Shown here: positions 45,856 to 59,650 of the stretch, piece by piece
Numbering within the stretch: position 1 is the first letter of the stretch
How the letters are laid out: the number at the start of each line of letters is the position of its first letter
Origin: Bilabrum cf. latius
Taxonomy: Eukaryota
Reading direction: 5' to 3'
Length of the DNA: 64,000 nt
NCBI GenBank assembly: GCA_965178125.1
Contig: OZ237748.1
Location: 558,001 to 622,000 of the forward strand
Notes under the pieces: model-generated
The model's database searches: none
Told to the model about the DNA's origin: nothing
Seen by the model: the letters and a program-made list of their open reading frames with translations, nothing else
Made by a program: the position numbers and the translations under genes

Positions 45856-47140
45856 TCAATATCCTTGCCCGAACCTCCTCACCGCCTCCACCAGCTCCCC
45901 GCAGTCCTTGGTCATGCAAGCCGCAGACCCATCCGGCCCGTTCCCCCGCAGCAACACCTCCCGCCGCAGGAACCGGTCCCACAGGCTCGCCTCTCCTGGG
46001 ACACACCGCCGCTCGCCCCACCCGAACGCCCCATACGCCTCCTCCCCGATCGGCAGCCGCACCATGGGAGCAGGCCCCGCCAGGCCCCAGCACAATCCAG
46101 AAGCAGTCACGCCCTCCACCCCCCTGCGCCCCGCATCCACAGTCGCGCACTCCCGCAGCTGGCCTCAGACCAGCTCCACCAGCCCAGACCCACCCGCTCC
46201 AGCACTCGCTGCTGTCGTCGATGCAGCATCTACCGCTCCCGCCCCCGAAGCAGCCCCAGCACTGCCACCGCTGGACCCGCCCACCATCCCACCGCTCGCA
46301 GCCTCACCCTCCCCAGCCGCCCGATGCACCTGCTCCCAGCTCCCGGGCCCGTACAGCAGGGCTCGCAGCGCGGCAATGGCGCGCTCGGGCCGCAGCCGCT
46401 TGCTGGGCAGCGACTGCAGCAGCCCCCTCAGGATGGCCTCCAGCTCCCTGCCGGCCTGGGGCAGCCTCGGGATGGCAGAGTCCTTGTACAGCCTGTCGTT
46501 GCCGGGGAGGGCAGACGCAGCCGCATCCCCTTGCGCCAGCAGCCCCCACACGGTCTTGGCCGCGGCCCACGCATCGGACATCTCGTAGGCCTGGGCCAGC
46601 GTCTCGAGCGTCTTGCCCTTGGAATCGACATTCAGGGGCCGGGCGAGCCTGCGCATGGCCATGAGCTCGGGTGCCCTAGCACCGGGTGCACCTGTCGGGG
46701 CAAGCGCAGTCACATTGAAGGGAGCATGCGTGGATCCATCCCCCGCCTCTTCGAACACATCCCCGGGAGAAAGCAGCACCGCCCCTGCCTCCTGTCCCAA
46801 GTCCTCTTCCTCTTCCTCTTCCTCCTCGTACTGGCCAAGTGGGACACTTGCACCAGAGGGTAGTTCCGCCAGACCGCCCCCGAGCTCAGGGTCCAGTCCT
46901 CCCTGAGCTGCACTCTATAAATAGCTATGAGGAAGACGACGTGGCTATGGCCATTTCGGCCTGTTGCTGCTGCTGATTGTACCGGAACTGGCGGTCCAGC
47001 TCTGCGTTCCTGCCCCCGTTAAATAGCACACCACCCGCTCCGAAATCGCGCAGCACCAAGCGATTATCTCCAGCCAGGGAAAAGTTGTTCACTTTTATAT
47101 CCCTGTGGACCACACCTCTAGACAGCATCGATAAAAACAA
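45856..47140 (-). pseudogene. Protein kinase C-lobe fragment with C-terminal tail (decayed)
   Basis: VVHRDIKVNNFSL...LVLRDFG (46925-47140), then in another frame RAPEL...SDAWAA (46165-46800), a TGA at 46165 and an in-frame tail to 45856. No N-lobe is adjacent. Confidence 0.8.
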
Positions 47141-47439
47141 TTAGGCGGAAAAACGCGACCGCCCTGAAAGCTAAGCAACGTAGCGGGGACTGTGCGCCAA
47201 TAATAAACGATCTCGCAGCCATATATCGCCATGGACTCGTAGTACCACCCCGATGAGGAAGGCCCCCTTGAGGATGCCCTGCCGCGGCGCGGGCCATGGA
47301 CTTGTAGTACTGCCCCTGCGCCCCGATCGGGGGGGCCCCCTTGAGGATGCCCTGCCGCGGCGCGGGCCATGCAGCAGAGTGCTTGCCGGGACCGATCCTG
47401 TATCCATTACCGCCAAATAACATCAACAATACAAGACTT

Positions 47440-50321
47440 TTACCGCCCCTTGGCCTCTTCCAACAACTTCGTGCACTCGTCATGCCCGCCTAGCCTCGCG
47501 GCCTCTACTGGGAGCACCTGTGTAGAGCTACCATCACCAATAGTCATAGTGCCATAGATCTCTAGCCCGCCAGCTAGCTTGCCTAGCTTCAGCCTCCTGG
47601 ACAATTCCATGGGCCTGCCCTCACTTGCTGCCTGGAACACCATCCCAGCGTCCCTCTTGGCCTCCACTGCCCGCCTCCAGCGGATGACTGTTGGGGCACG
47701 TGGTAAGATGAAGGCCCTGATCGTGGCAGCGGTTGCAGTGCGGCCCCTTGTGTCTGCATATTCCGCGGGAGTCATGCCGCCCTGCGAGATCGAGGAAGCG
47801 AGGGGGAGGGGAGGGCGCGGTGGGGGGAGGGGAGGAGGTATTCGAGGGGAGGGCGCGCGGGGGGGGGGCTAGGGGCGCATGTTTAATTGCGCAGCATGAC
47901 TGATAGATTCGAATCTAGAGATGCTGCAATGCATTCGAGCAAACTCACGCTGTTTTTGATGTACTTGCGGGCACCTGCCTCCATGAGGATGGTGGCGCAA
48001 GCGGTATGTCCAATGGATGCTGCCCAGTGGAGGGGAGTGTTTCCGTACTGCGGTTGAATCGGAGGGTTCTGTAAGGTCATGGGCCAACATGGAATATCTC
48101 AGGCAATTGCCCGGCCGATCGATCTTTCAGAGCTTGAAACCATGGAACAAACCTGCCACCGACGTGCCCGGCCAATGCGGCTGGACGTTCGCGAACGAAC
48201 CTTTGAACTTGCCCGGCAGCGGGCAAACTACTGCTGCCCACTGCCAGTGATCAGACTCTAATGCAGCCATCAAGACCGAAATGGCAGTTTTCCGCAGAAT
48301 TGATACATTGACGAAGTAATCCAAAGCCAAAAATACCCACTAATCCAATACACAAGAACACACATACATACAGGACCGATCCCCCCCTACATATATCTTT
48401 CTCGCCTTGTCTACCGCGTTTACGTCACCCCCGTTTTCAAGTAGCATCCTTAGGCAGTCAGATCGGCCAGACTAGGAAGCCGCATGGACGGGTGTACTGC
48501 CATACTGCGGTGGGGGGATGGTGAAACAAATGTAAATGAGCCTTGGCAAAGCGACCACAAGCTCCCGGTAGCGGAACAGATGTGACCAATCAGAAACGGC
48601 GTCAAATCCCATCGAAGGGCTCTACACTCGAGAGCACGCCGGTGGGTCCTAACCATAATACTATACCATACTTTTCTACAGCCCGAGATACACGCACAAG
48701 TGTACAGCCCCAATCCGTCAACGAATCGGAAGCACCGCGAAGTGACCTATCAGTCGGACCCGGGAAAGGGCAACCTCAAGCAGAATAGACACACACACCC
48801 ATCCAACATTCAAGCACACAAGCAAGACTAACTTCTCCCTCGATATCCATCTCACCTTATCCACCGCATTCACGTCTCCCCCATTTTTAATCAACATCTG
48901 CAGACAGTCCTTGCGCCCCCACGTGGAAGCCACATGAGCCGCTGTGTAGCTCTACGGAGGGAGGAGCAGGGGGTGTGCCTTAGAAGGGTACGGATGGGGA
49001 TGAAGATTTGTGTGCATGAGGCGGGTGAAGGGGGAGCGGGCTTTGACACGGACAGGTGGGAGTGGCTCTAAGCCCTAGGAGCGCAGTCACAGGATGCATT
49101 CCCGCGCGAGAGACACAATCAAAAACATCAACATCCATGCAAACATTCACCCATCTTCCTATCAAGAGATACCATTCCGGTAAGGACTGGTCCCGGCCTC
49201 TAAATCCGCATGTCAGCTGAGATAGCCAGGGGACCCTTCAAGACAAGTCCACCAGCTTGATCGCACCAATGCCATACAATACATGTATTGTCTAGTACCA
49301 ACTCATAAAACTATTTCCACTGGAGGTGCAAGCCAGGCAATAAGGAGCCAGCAAGGGGTTGTGTTGACAACTGACCTCTCAAGCTAACTTAAGTATCCCG
49401 AATATCACCTACAAGCCGCCTACGAGCATGCTGGTGAAGAGCTCGTCACGATGCTAGACCTGACCCCTCCTGTCAATGATATAGCACACCGCTCCATAAC
49501 ATCAATTACAGAGCCAACTGCATGCTATGCCAACGGGTGCGAGCCTGGATCAACACCCGATGGAGTATCCGCCACCGCTGCCCCCTTCGCGAACGAGGCA
49601 GCTAGATAGTGCCCGGTGGCGCACAGCATTGATCGACTCAGAGCCCAATCGTGCGCCAACAGTAAATGGACATAGATTTTGTACGCCATACTACAGCCAA
49701 ACAACATCGGCACATCTGCCAACAAGTCGCAGCCGCCCTCTCTGGCAGTCAGCCTTCCTCTCTCACCTTGTTTGAAGCGTTAACGTTGGCGCCCCTCTCG
49801 ATGAGCAACTTCAAGCAGTCCGTCTTGCCTCTCAATACTGCGTAATATGCTGCCGTCAGACCATACTGCGATGCACCAAAGAAAAATGAACCATTGGTAG
49901 GTAGGTAGCCGTGGGTGCAGCAATTGTGGACTATCATTCGATCACTAGCAAGCTCTTTAACAACGAATACATGGACCTACTGCTCTATACGCCGACAATA
50001 TTGCAGATGCATTCACAAAGCCCGGCCAGTTCTACTCAATCACACCATGTCTTTGGAATTGACCTTCTTTCCCGAATCCAGGCAGGCCCTCAGGTCGTCC
50101 ACCTTGCCATTTCCGGCTGCTGTCATGTGCGCGAATACCCTACGAGATTTAGAAACAAACTATTTAAACTGTATGAATCGCGTCAAACATATTCATGTGA
50201 ATTGAATCGACAAAGAGATATCAATGCACCACGAGGATGTAACAGCATTGTATGCCATCACACTCCATATGCTGAACCGCTAATAAGATCATGACATTGA
50301 CTAAATATGTTTATCTTACAT
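47440..50321 (-). CDS. Ankyrin-repeat array gene 7; exons 50320-50321, 50046-50139, 49767-49865, 48856-48951, 48406-48504, 47949-48047, 47440-47781
   Basis: Exon types A,B,B,C. One exon is 96 nt and one has a GC donor (48404-48405) and an in-frame TAG (48472). Ends EEAKGR-TAA. Confidence 0.8.
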
Positions 50322-50909
50322 TTCAAACTATTACCACAACCAGACCGGTGCCTCCTAAGCAGGTTGTAAATGGCCAATGGGCTGGGCCAGCGGTAGATCT
50401 AGCGCTAGCGTTAGCGGAACCTAATTAGGCGCCACGCGCGGCCGGCGAGGTGCCCGGATCACATCTGGGCCTCTGTCGCAGTCGATGTAGATTAAATTGT
50501 CTTTCAACTGTGTCACTGATTTTAAATACTACATTTGTATCGACAAGCGCCATGCATCGATTGATGCAGGATGGTCGACTTCGGTCAGGTGCCGCCGACC
50601 GCGCGTGAACATGCCCGTCTTCAAGTTGCTGGGCCCGCACTACGATTGTGTGAAATTATTTTCAAGCTTAAATCACGTAGTGGCAGCAAGTCTCTAGCTA
50701 GCCCGTCCAAAGCAGGTATTGCGCACTGGCCCTCTCTAGCTAGCCCGTCTAAACGTGCTCGCGGCCGTCTGCAGGCCGTCCCAGCGGCTGCAGCCGCATG
50801 TCCAAGGATAAATCATCTTGTTCAATTGCATATACATTGCATGAACTGCATGGGGTACCCCCTACCGGGCGAAGAAGTGCGGAGGTTTGCCCCGCTCGGG
50901 TCCCGCCCA

Positions 50910-51092
50910 GGGGTCTTGCCATTTAAGGTCTTATGTGCCAAAATCGGTAACTGGTACTTAACTGATAACCAATTAACAGCCGAAAATGCGTGAAATTTTT
51001 ACCAGTTACCGTTCAAATTTAAAAGGAATCTTTTAGGCTCCTGAGAGCTCACATTCACGCACAAAACAACCCCAATGTGGCAAAACAACCCC
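50910..51092. mobile_element. ~180-bp AT-rich MITE-like insertion
   Basis: Absent from the duplicate at ~40948. It has imperfect ggggtcttgcca / tggcaaaacaacccc ends and an internal inverted repeat cggtaactggta / taccagttaccg. Confidence 0.5.
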
Positions 51093-51632
51093 GCTGCGGC
51101 CCCGGCAGGCCGCGCCAGGCCGTCGCTCCCGCCCCCCCTCCTCCCAGCCGTGGCTCTCGCAAATATCTCTTGATCATCCACTGCCTTTCACGACGGCACC
51201 CCCCTTCGGGTCGATCTGCGAAAGGACCAGTGCAGGGGGGTCGGACCGCTTCGAGGCGTCCGCTGGGTCGTACTCGTCCTCGCTGGACCCACGCCATGCC
51301 CTTGCCCGCCACGGCTAGTCGCTCAGCCATTCAACTTCCACCCCCGCCTTTTCCCCCTTGCATTCACCCCTTCCCCCTTCTGCCGATCGTCTGCCCTTTG
51401 ATGGCACCGCCCGAGGCAGAGTTCGAGCCACTCGCAGGGGCGGCATCCGATTGCTACTGCTTCCCCTGCCTCCGCCTCGAGGGCTGCCCGGTGACCCACC
51501 AGCGCGGCCCGCAACAGAGGGGCCCGCCGGTGCTCGGCCTCGCACAGCCGCAGCCGCCGCTTCTGCACCGACGCTTCCACAACGTAAACGGACCCGCCCC
51601 CCGCGGGATTCTCCTCCTCACCAGCCTAGACC

Positions 51633-54324
51633 TCATCCCTAGGCCTCTTGCAGCAGCTTCACGCAATCGTCGTGCCCACCCAGCCTCGCGGCCTCCAGTG
51701 GAAGCACCAGCCTAGAGCTCCCACTGTCATGCATCGCTATCCCCTTGATCTCCAACCCACCTGCCAGCGTGCCCAGCCTCAGCCTCCTTGCCAGCTCCAT
51801 GGGCCTGCCCTCACTCGCTGCCCTGAACACCATCCCAGCATCCCTCTTAGCCTCCACTGCCCGCCTCTAAAGAATCACTATTCGGACTTGAAAGGGGATG
51901 AACGACCGGACGGCAGCAGTGGTTTCAGACTTGCCCCTTGATTCTGACACTTCAGTGGGAGTCTCGCCTCTCTGCTTGATCAAAGGAAGCGACAGAGAGA
52001 GGAGGGGTCATGTGGTCAAAGATGCACGGGGAGTGGATTCGTGCGTGGGAGTGTCCTTCGATTCATCTGGCAGAGTGATGCACATTTGGGAATCAAGAGC
52101 TGTTTCGGTGCATCTGTGGAAGCTCACGTTGTTCATGATGTCCCTGCGGGCCCCTGCCTCCATGAGCATGGTGGCGCAGGCGGTATGGCCAGAGTACGCT
52201 GCCCTGTGAAGGGGAGTGTCTCCATGCTGCGGTTGAATCGGAGGGTTCTGAAAGGTCATGATGCAACATGGATTGTCTCAGGCAATTGCCCGGCCGATTG
52301 ATCTTAGAGTTTGAATCTATGCAACACATATTCCATCGATGTGCAAGGCGTGGTGCGGCAGTGGTCCGGAAGCAGCGAGCCGATTCCGAGAGGCAGCGCC
52401 AGGTGGGCTGCCACACCACCACTAACGGCAATCCAACCAAACACATACATAGCTTTGAATCCATTGCGGCTCCAGACTAGGCAGTGCCGATTAAGACGGG
52501 CTGCATCCACAGAGTTCAGTTGCTGTTCTCAAACGACTACAGAAAACTGATCATACAGCATCCAGTTGCGCTGCCAGCAAGCTCCACGCACACAAAGTAA
52601 TTTGATACAGGATCCACATACAAACCAACCAAGCAAATTGATTTGACTTGCCAAGCAGCCCAACATTCTGTGCCATTGGTATACTACTAGTTCCGGGATA
52701 AGAGCTCATTGCTCAGCTCAAAGACCAGTGATAGCGTGCCAAATACTGGTATACGACCCGCGAACCATGGACGCCAAGAAGCAAGCATCACGAGTGGAAT
52801 CCGAAAAGAAAGGAGAATAGAGAAAAAATTGCTCCAGAAAGGCGATCCGATGCGACCATTCGGATACAGAGTCGAATCCGATCGCAGGATTGCGCTTCCA
52901 AAACCACGCCGATGGGTCCAAACCATGATACCATATCATACCTACATCCCGAGATACGCGAACTAGTGTCCAGCCCCAAGCCGTACACGCAGCGGGAGCG
53001 TCGCGAAGGGACCTGCCAGCGGGTCTCGGACCCGGGAGCGGGCAATTCCAAGCCGGACAGACACACACACCCATCCAACTCACAAGCATACACACATAAG
53101 ACCAACCTCTCCCTCAACATATTTCTCTCTATCTCACCTTGTTTACCGCATTCACGCCCCCCCCATTTTCAAGCAGCACCCGAAGACAATCATAGCGCCC
53201 ATAGTTGGATGCCCAATGAACCGGTGTCCAGCCAAACTGCGGTGGGGGGATGGGAGATAGGGGGTGGGGGGGAGCAGGGGGTGTGCTTGGGATGGGTGTG
53301 GGTCTGGATGTGTGTGTGTGGATGTGTGTGTGCATGGGGCGGGTGATGGGGGTGTGAGGGGGGTGTTGGGACGGACCGGTGGGAGTCGCTCTGGGCCCTA
53401 GAGGTGTAGTCCTCGGGTCGATTCCCGCTCGAGGGACAAAATCAATAAAATCAAAACCAATCCAAACATACATCAATCTTCCTATCAGCCCATTCCATCA
53501 CGACAGGGACCGGTCCCGGCATCTGAATCCGCCTGGGGGCTGAGATAGCCGGGGGGCCCTCTTGCGGGACGGGCAGTGGCCGCATCGCCAGCTGTGCAGG
53601 CCCTGAAAGACAAACGACGCAAATTAATAACATCTTTGTCATACTATGTATGTACTGATTAGTGCAAACTCATTGAACTCCGCCCATCGGAGGCGCAAGC
53701 CAGGCAATGAGGATCGATCTGAATGCTCGTCACACAGGCCAATCCTGTTCTCCCCCGGGGAGCTGCCATCGATCGACAACCAACCTTGAACAAAGGAAGT
53801 ATATAAAGTCGACCAAGCAATCGGCGTTCTCTTCGAAAAACTAGACACGACCCCGGTGAATCTGCATCCCGCAAGCCACCACTCACCTGCCCCTACCAGC
53901 ACGGCCAGCCGGGCGGGGCTGAGCGATGGCAAGGGTGCCTCGCACCACTACTTGAAGACAAACATGGTCACATTATACTAGCATACCTTCGACCGCATCC
54001 ACAAGACAGCAAAAAAACAATCACTCCTCCTCTTGAGACCTCGTCAGTCACCACCGGGGAGCACCTGCTCGGGGGCCCGGCCCGGCTCGATCGACGAGGA
54101 GCTAGGTAGATGTCATGTCAGCCACTTGAACGGGTACAAATAGTATAATAAACTCTCAAGCCAACTATAATATCCCAAGTACCGTCCACAACCCGCCCTG
54201 TTGCAAGGTAGCCTCTCCCTCTCACGTTGTCGGCAGCGTTCACGTTGGCGCCCCTCTCGATGAGCACCCTCAGGCAGTCCGTCTTGCCATTGTATGCAGC
54301 GAAGTATGCAGCTGTCCTACCATG
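51633..54324 (-). pseudogene. Ankyrin-repeat array gene 8, lacking exons 1-2; exons 54226-54324, 53138-53236, 52128-52226, 51633-51971
   Basis: Types A,B,C and the terminal exon are intact, but intron 2 is fused at ~54640 to far-upstream intergenic sequence. TAG replaces the conserved W of WRRAVE. Confidence 0.8.
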
Positions 54325-54345
54325 CTGCAATGCACTAAAGAAAAA

Positions 54346-55745
54346 TTAAACCGTTGGTAGAAAGCCGTGGATGGCATTGAGACCCCGAAGGAAGGGGGCA
54401 ACCTGGTGGCGGGGGGTGAAGATCCGCTGATGGCCAGGCGAGTAGAAGAAGAGGTGTATGTCAATGTCATGTACGCACACCATTGCACCTGAATCAAATA
54501 AGCTTCCCCGACTTGCCCCCTAATTTAGCTCGCCGATGAATCGATGGCGTGCATCAGGTCTCCAATGGTGGATCGCAGTCATACCATCACTGGTGAGCTC
54601 GGTGACAGTCTGTGCGTAAACCTTCTGGCCTTCTGGTCGAATTCGGCTGCAGCCGCATGTCCAAGGATGCAGCCTGTTGTTGCATTGTAATTCTATCGCA
54701 TGGACTGCATGGAGCACCCCCAACCTGGCGAGAGAGTTCGGGGGTTTGCCCGGAACGGGTCCAGCCACCCCAATACGGCACTGGCAGGCCACGCCAGTCC
54801 GTTGCTCCCACCCCCCCCCCCCCCCCTTAAACCGTTGGTAGAAAGCCGTGGATGGCATTGAGACCCCGAAGGAAGGGGGCAACCTGGTGGCGGGGGGTGA
54901 AGATCCGCTGATGGCCAGGCGAGTAGAAGAAGAGGTGTATGTCAATGTCATGTACGCACACCATTGCACCTGAATCAAATAAGCTTCCCCGACTTGCCCC
55001 CTAATTTAGCTCGCCGATGAATCGATGGCGTGCATCAGGTCTCCAATGGTGGATCGCAGTCATACCATCACTGGTGAGCTCGGTGACAGTCTGTGCGCAA
55101 ACCTTCTGGCCTTCTGGTCGAATTCGGCTGCAGCCGCATGTCCAAGGATGCAGCCTGTTGTTGCATTGTAATTCTATCGCATGGACTGCATGGAGCACCC
55201 CCAACCTGGCGAGAGAGTTCGGGGGTTTGCCCGGAACGGGTCCAGCCACCCCAATACGGCACTGGCAGGCCACGCCAGTCCGTTGCTCCCACCCCCCCCC
55301 CCCCCCCCTTAAACCGTTGGTAGAAAGCCGTGGATGGCATTGAGACCCCGAAGGAAGGGGGCAACCTGGTGGCGGGGGGTGAAGATCCGCTGATGGCCAG
55401 GCGAGTAGAAGAAGAGGTGTATGTCAATGTCATGTACGCACACCATTGCACCTGAATCAAATAAGCTTCCCCGACTTGCCCCCTAATTTAGCTCGCCGAT
55501 GAATCGATGGCGTGCATCAGGTCTCCAATGGTGGATCGCAGTCATACCATCACTGGTGAGCTCGGTGACAGTCTGTGCGCAAACCTTCTGGCCTTCTGGT
55601 CGAATTCGGCTGCAGCCGCATGTCCAAGGATGCAGCCTGTTGTTGCATTGTAATTCTATCGCATGGACTGCATGGAGCACCCCCAACCTGGCGAGAGAGT
55701 TCGGGGGTTTGCCCGGAACGGGTCCAGCCACCCCAATACGGCACT
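54346..55745. repeat. ~481-bp tandem triplication (units start 54346, 54827, 55309)
   Basis: Near-identical units separated by poly-C tracts. Each unit is a chimera of intron-2 and intergenic sequence. Confidence 0.95.
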
Positions 55746-56888
55746 TGGTATTAAGGAGACAGAGTCTGATTCGTTGTTGACGTCAAATGAGATGATAAGC
55801 GTCTGTGCGATGAGGATGGCTCTGCGAAGAAGGAGAACGCCGCAACACCTTGTCCGTAGGTGGGAAGAGGAATTGTAGCGTTAGACATCGTAATCTGATT
55901 AACGGAAGAGGCAGGCCACGAAGAGTGGAGGTTGGCATTTCTCCAGTCAATCGCCTCCATTCGGGGTGGAAGAGCTCAGGACTGACAGATCGTCTTGAAT
56001 TCTTTTCCCACCCGCCCGGGCCCGGAGAATTCGTTGTGTGTCTCCGCTGGTGGACAAATCCATCGGTGGATTCAGGCACATGGCGACGGCTCTGTGTTCG
56101 AAGCTTTCATGGAAGTCACGATGTCAGGCAGGCCACGCCAGGCCGTTGCTCCCCTCCCCCACCCCAGAGCCGGCAGGGCGCTCAGATGCCTTCCTCTGGG
56201 TTAGGCAGCAAGGGAGACTTCTTCCCTCCGATCGTGCCGAGCGCCTCAAGCTGCTTGTTGGCCAACACAGCCGCCGCCCCCCTGGCCGCCCGAGGCGCGA
56301 CCTCCGCGTCTCCTCCCTTGGCATCGATCTGCGCCTCGGAATCGGGAATCACCTCTATCCATCCTTGTCGCCCGCCATTGAGGCTGCCGTGTCCCCCTCG
56401 TCATCGGCCCTCCCGTCGCGGAGCCATCCACCAGTCCTCCGCCATGGCTCTCGCAATTGTTGCCAGAGCACCCTCATTCGGGTCTATCTGCGAGAGGACC
56501 AGTGCAGCGGTTCGGGCCACTTCGAGGCGTCCGCTCGGTCGTACTCGTCCTCGCTGGACCCACCCCGTGCCCTTGCCCGCCATGGCTAGTCGCTCACCCA
56601 TTCCACTTCCGCCCCCGCCCTTTCCCCCTTCGCACCCACCCCTCCCCCTTCTGCCGCTCGTCTGCCCCTTGATGGCCCAACCCGAATCAGAGGTCGAGCC
56701 ACTCGCAGGGGCGGCACCCGATTGCGACTGTTTCCCATGCCTCCGCCTTGAGGGCAGCCCGGTGACCCACCAGCACGGCCCTCGACGGAGGGGCCCGCCG
56801 GTGCTCGGCCTCGCACAGTCGCAGCCGCTGCTGCCGCACCTACGCTTCCGCTTTGTCTACGAAAGCTCCACCCGCGGAATTATCTTCC

Positions 56889-59650
56889 TCACTAATCTAT
56901 ACCTCCTCTCTAGGCTTCATGCAGCAGCTTCACGCAATCGTCGTGCCCACCCAGCCTCGCTGCCTCCAGTGGAGGCATCAGTCTAGAAGTGCCATCATCA
57001 ATCGTCACATTCCCCTTGATCTGCAACCCGCCGGCCAGCTTGCCCAGCCTCAGCCTCCTAGCCAGCTCCATGGGCCTCCCCTCACTCGCCGCCTGGAACA
57101 CCATCCCAGCGTCCCTCTTGGCCTCCACTGCCCTCCTCCAGCACATGGCTCTTCGCACCGGTGATGAAACAAATGACCGGATAGCAGCAGCGGTGGCAGT
57201 CCGGCACCGTGAGTCTGCCAACTCGGCAGGACTTTTGCCACTCTGCTCAATCCGGGAATCATTGGGCAGCATAATGGAGATGTAGGAATCAAGAGATGCT
57301 CTGATGCAGTTGTAGAAGCTCACCTTGTTCTTGATGTCCTTGCGGGCCCCTGCCTCCATGAGGATCATGGCGCAAGCGGTGTAGCCATTGTACGCTGCCA
57401 AGTGGAGAGGAGTGCTTCCATTCTGCGGATGGATTGGGGGTATTGGGGGTATTGACACGTCATGAACCAACATAATTCTCATTAACATATACTCGAACGA
57501 TCCGTCTTTGAGAACTTGAATCCATGCAGCATCGCTACCATCAATATGCGGCAGCGGTCCGGCACCAGCGAGCCGACGACCGAGAGGTAGCACCAGGTGC
57601 ACTGCCAAACCATTTTCAACGGCAGATCAAGCAAACCAAATGCATCTGTTTCATACGAAACAGACACACGTTACTATGAATCCATTGCGGATCCATATTT
57701 CCAGCCCAAGATACGCGCACAAGTGTCCAGCCCCAATCAATCAACGCAGCGGGAGCACCGCGAAGAGACCTGTCAGCGGGTCTCGGACCCCGGAGCGCTC
57801 AATCCCAAGCCCGACCGACACGCACACCCATCCAACACACAAGCACAAAATACACACAAAACCAACCTCTCCTTCATCATTTTAATCTCTCTCACCTTAT
57901 CCACCGCATTCACGTCCCCCCCATTTTCAGTCAACATCCGCAGACAATCATTCCACCCATTCAAGGATGATATATGAAAGGGTGTGCGGCCAAACTGCGG
58001 GGGGGGGGGAGACAGGGGGTGAGGGGTGAGGCGGGAGCGGGTGTCTGGTTGGGGTGGGTGTGGGTGTGTCACCCTGCCCGACGCTCACCTGCCCCACCCA
58101 GCACGAGAGCCAGATAGGCCAGCCGGGCGGGGCTGAGCGATGCCAAAACTACTTCGGACCGCGAATAACTCGTCTAACGATACTAAAGCACAATTCGACC
58201 CATCCCCAAGACAACAAGAACAAATCGGGCCTCCTCTTGAGACCTCGTCAGTTACCGGGGAGCACTTGCTCGGGGGCCCGGCTCGATCAACGATGATCCA
58301 TTCAGATGCCATGCCAGTCATTTCAAGGGATAAAACAGCATAATGAACTCTGAAGCCAGCTCCAATATCCCAAGTACAGCCTACAACCCGCCCTGTGGGG
58401 CGGACAGCCTCTCTCACGTTGCTGGCAGCGTTCACGTTGGCGCCCTTCTCAATGAGCAGCTTCAGGCAATCCGCCTTGCCATAATGTGCAGCCAGCAATA
58501 CAGCTGTCCAACCATACTGCGATGCGCAAAAGCAAGATGAAACCGTTGGTATGTAGCCGTTGATGGGTGGCAGACGCCGAGGGAAACGAGCAACCTGGTA
58601 GCGGGGAAATGCAACCCGTGCTGGGAACCCATGCAGGAAGGACTCCATGGACGATGCCTTTAGGCTGTTCTGCCAATATTTCCAAGTCCCTAGTCCATTC
58701 AGTCTCTCCAATGTCCGAGCAGCTGTCTCGCCTTTCTAGCGAGTAGCACCCGGGTGATGATCCGCTGATGGCCAGGCGCGGAGAGCCAGCAGAACAAGAG
58801 GTGTCTTCCACTGCCATGTACAGATAGCAGCAGTATAACATGTGAAATTAGCTTTCCCGTATCGTCCCCTAATCTAGTTCGCTGATCAATCGATGGCGTG
58901 CATCCTGTCTCCGTTGGTGAGGCCAGCAAGGTCTCTGAGATTGAGGTCACTCGGTGGGCGCAGGACCCGCTCGAGGAGCAGGCTCAGATGCGACGTAGCG
59001 ATGCGGAGGAGTGAGAGGGAGCGAGAGAGAGAGAGCAGCTAGGGGGGGGGGGGTGCAGGGGTGGGGTGGGGGGAGGGGGGCGAATGGAGGGGTTTGGGGA
59101 GGGTAGAGCAAAGGGAGGGGGGGACGACGGTTCACCGGAACGGGGGAGGAAATGGTGGAGGAGAAGATGATCGGTGGGGTCATTGGGTTGATGAGGCGGA
59201 TAGGAAGGGGGAGGCACAGGCCGGGCAGGTGTGGGTTGGGCATGTGTGACGAGTGACTCGGATCAGGGGGATCGGATCACCGACCACATGCGTATTGCTA
59301 TCATCCGATCCCTGGTGAGCTCCGTGACAGCCTTCACGTGGACCTTCGGGTCTTAACATCCAAAAAACAGGTCAGGCGTTCTCTGTCTCACTCTATCTTT
59401 GGAGTCGATGTCCGTTCCCGAATCCAGGCAAGCCCTCATGTCGTCTACCTTGCCATTTTTGGCTGCTGTTCGAAGTGCGTCTCCCCTGCAAATCTCAAAG
59501 ATAATGCATGAAATATTTTAGTAGCGTTAAACAGGCTCATGTTGATCAAATTGACCGGGAAATACAAGGCGCCACAGACAGCCAAGATGCAACAGCTGCT
59601 ATACATCGGTAGCTAAATAATGGCACCCACTGAACCTGTTCAACTTACAT
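56889..59650 (-). CDS. Ankyrin-repeat array gene 9; exons 59649-59650, 59392-59485, 58418-58516, 57896-57994, 57324-57422, 56889-57242
   Basis: Exon types A,B,C, all 99 nt. The last intron is shortened to 81 nt. With TAG read as sense, the gene ends at TGA 56889. Confidence 0.87.

Noticed and set aside
45585-46863. Long plus-strand ORFs (359, 332 and 226 aa)
   Set aside because: These are antisense shadows of the GC-rich minus-strand kinase relic.
55747-56125. Possible fragment of a retrotransposon endonuclease region
   Set aside because: Only vague resemblance spread across different frames; cannot be supported without a search.
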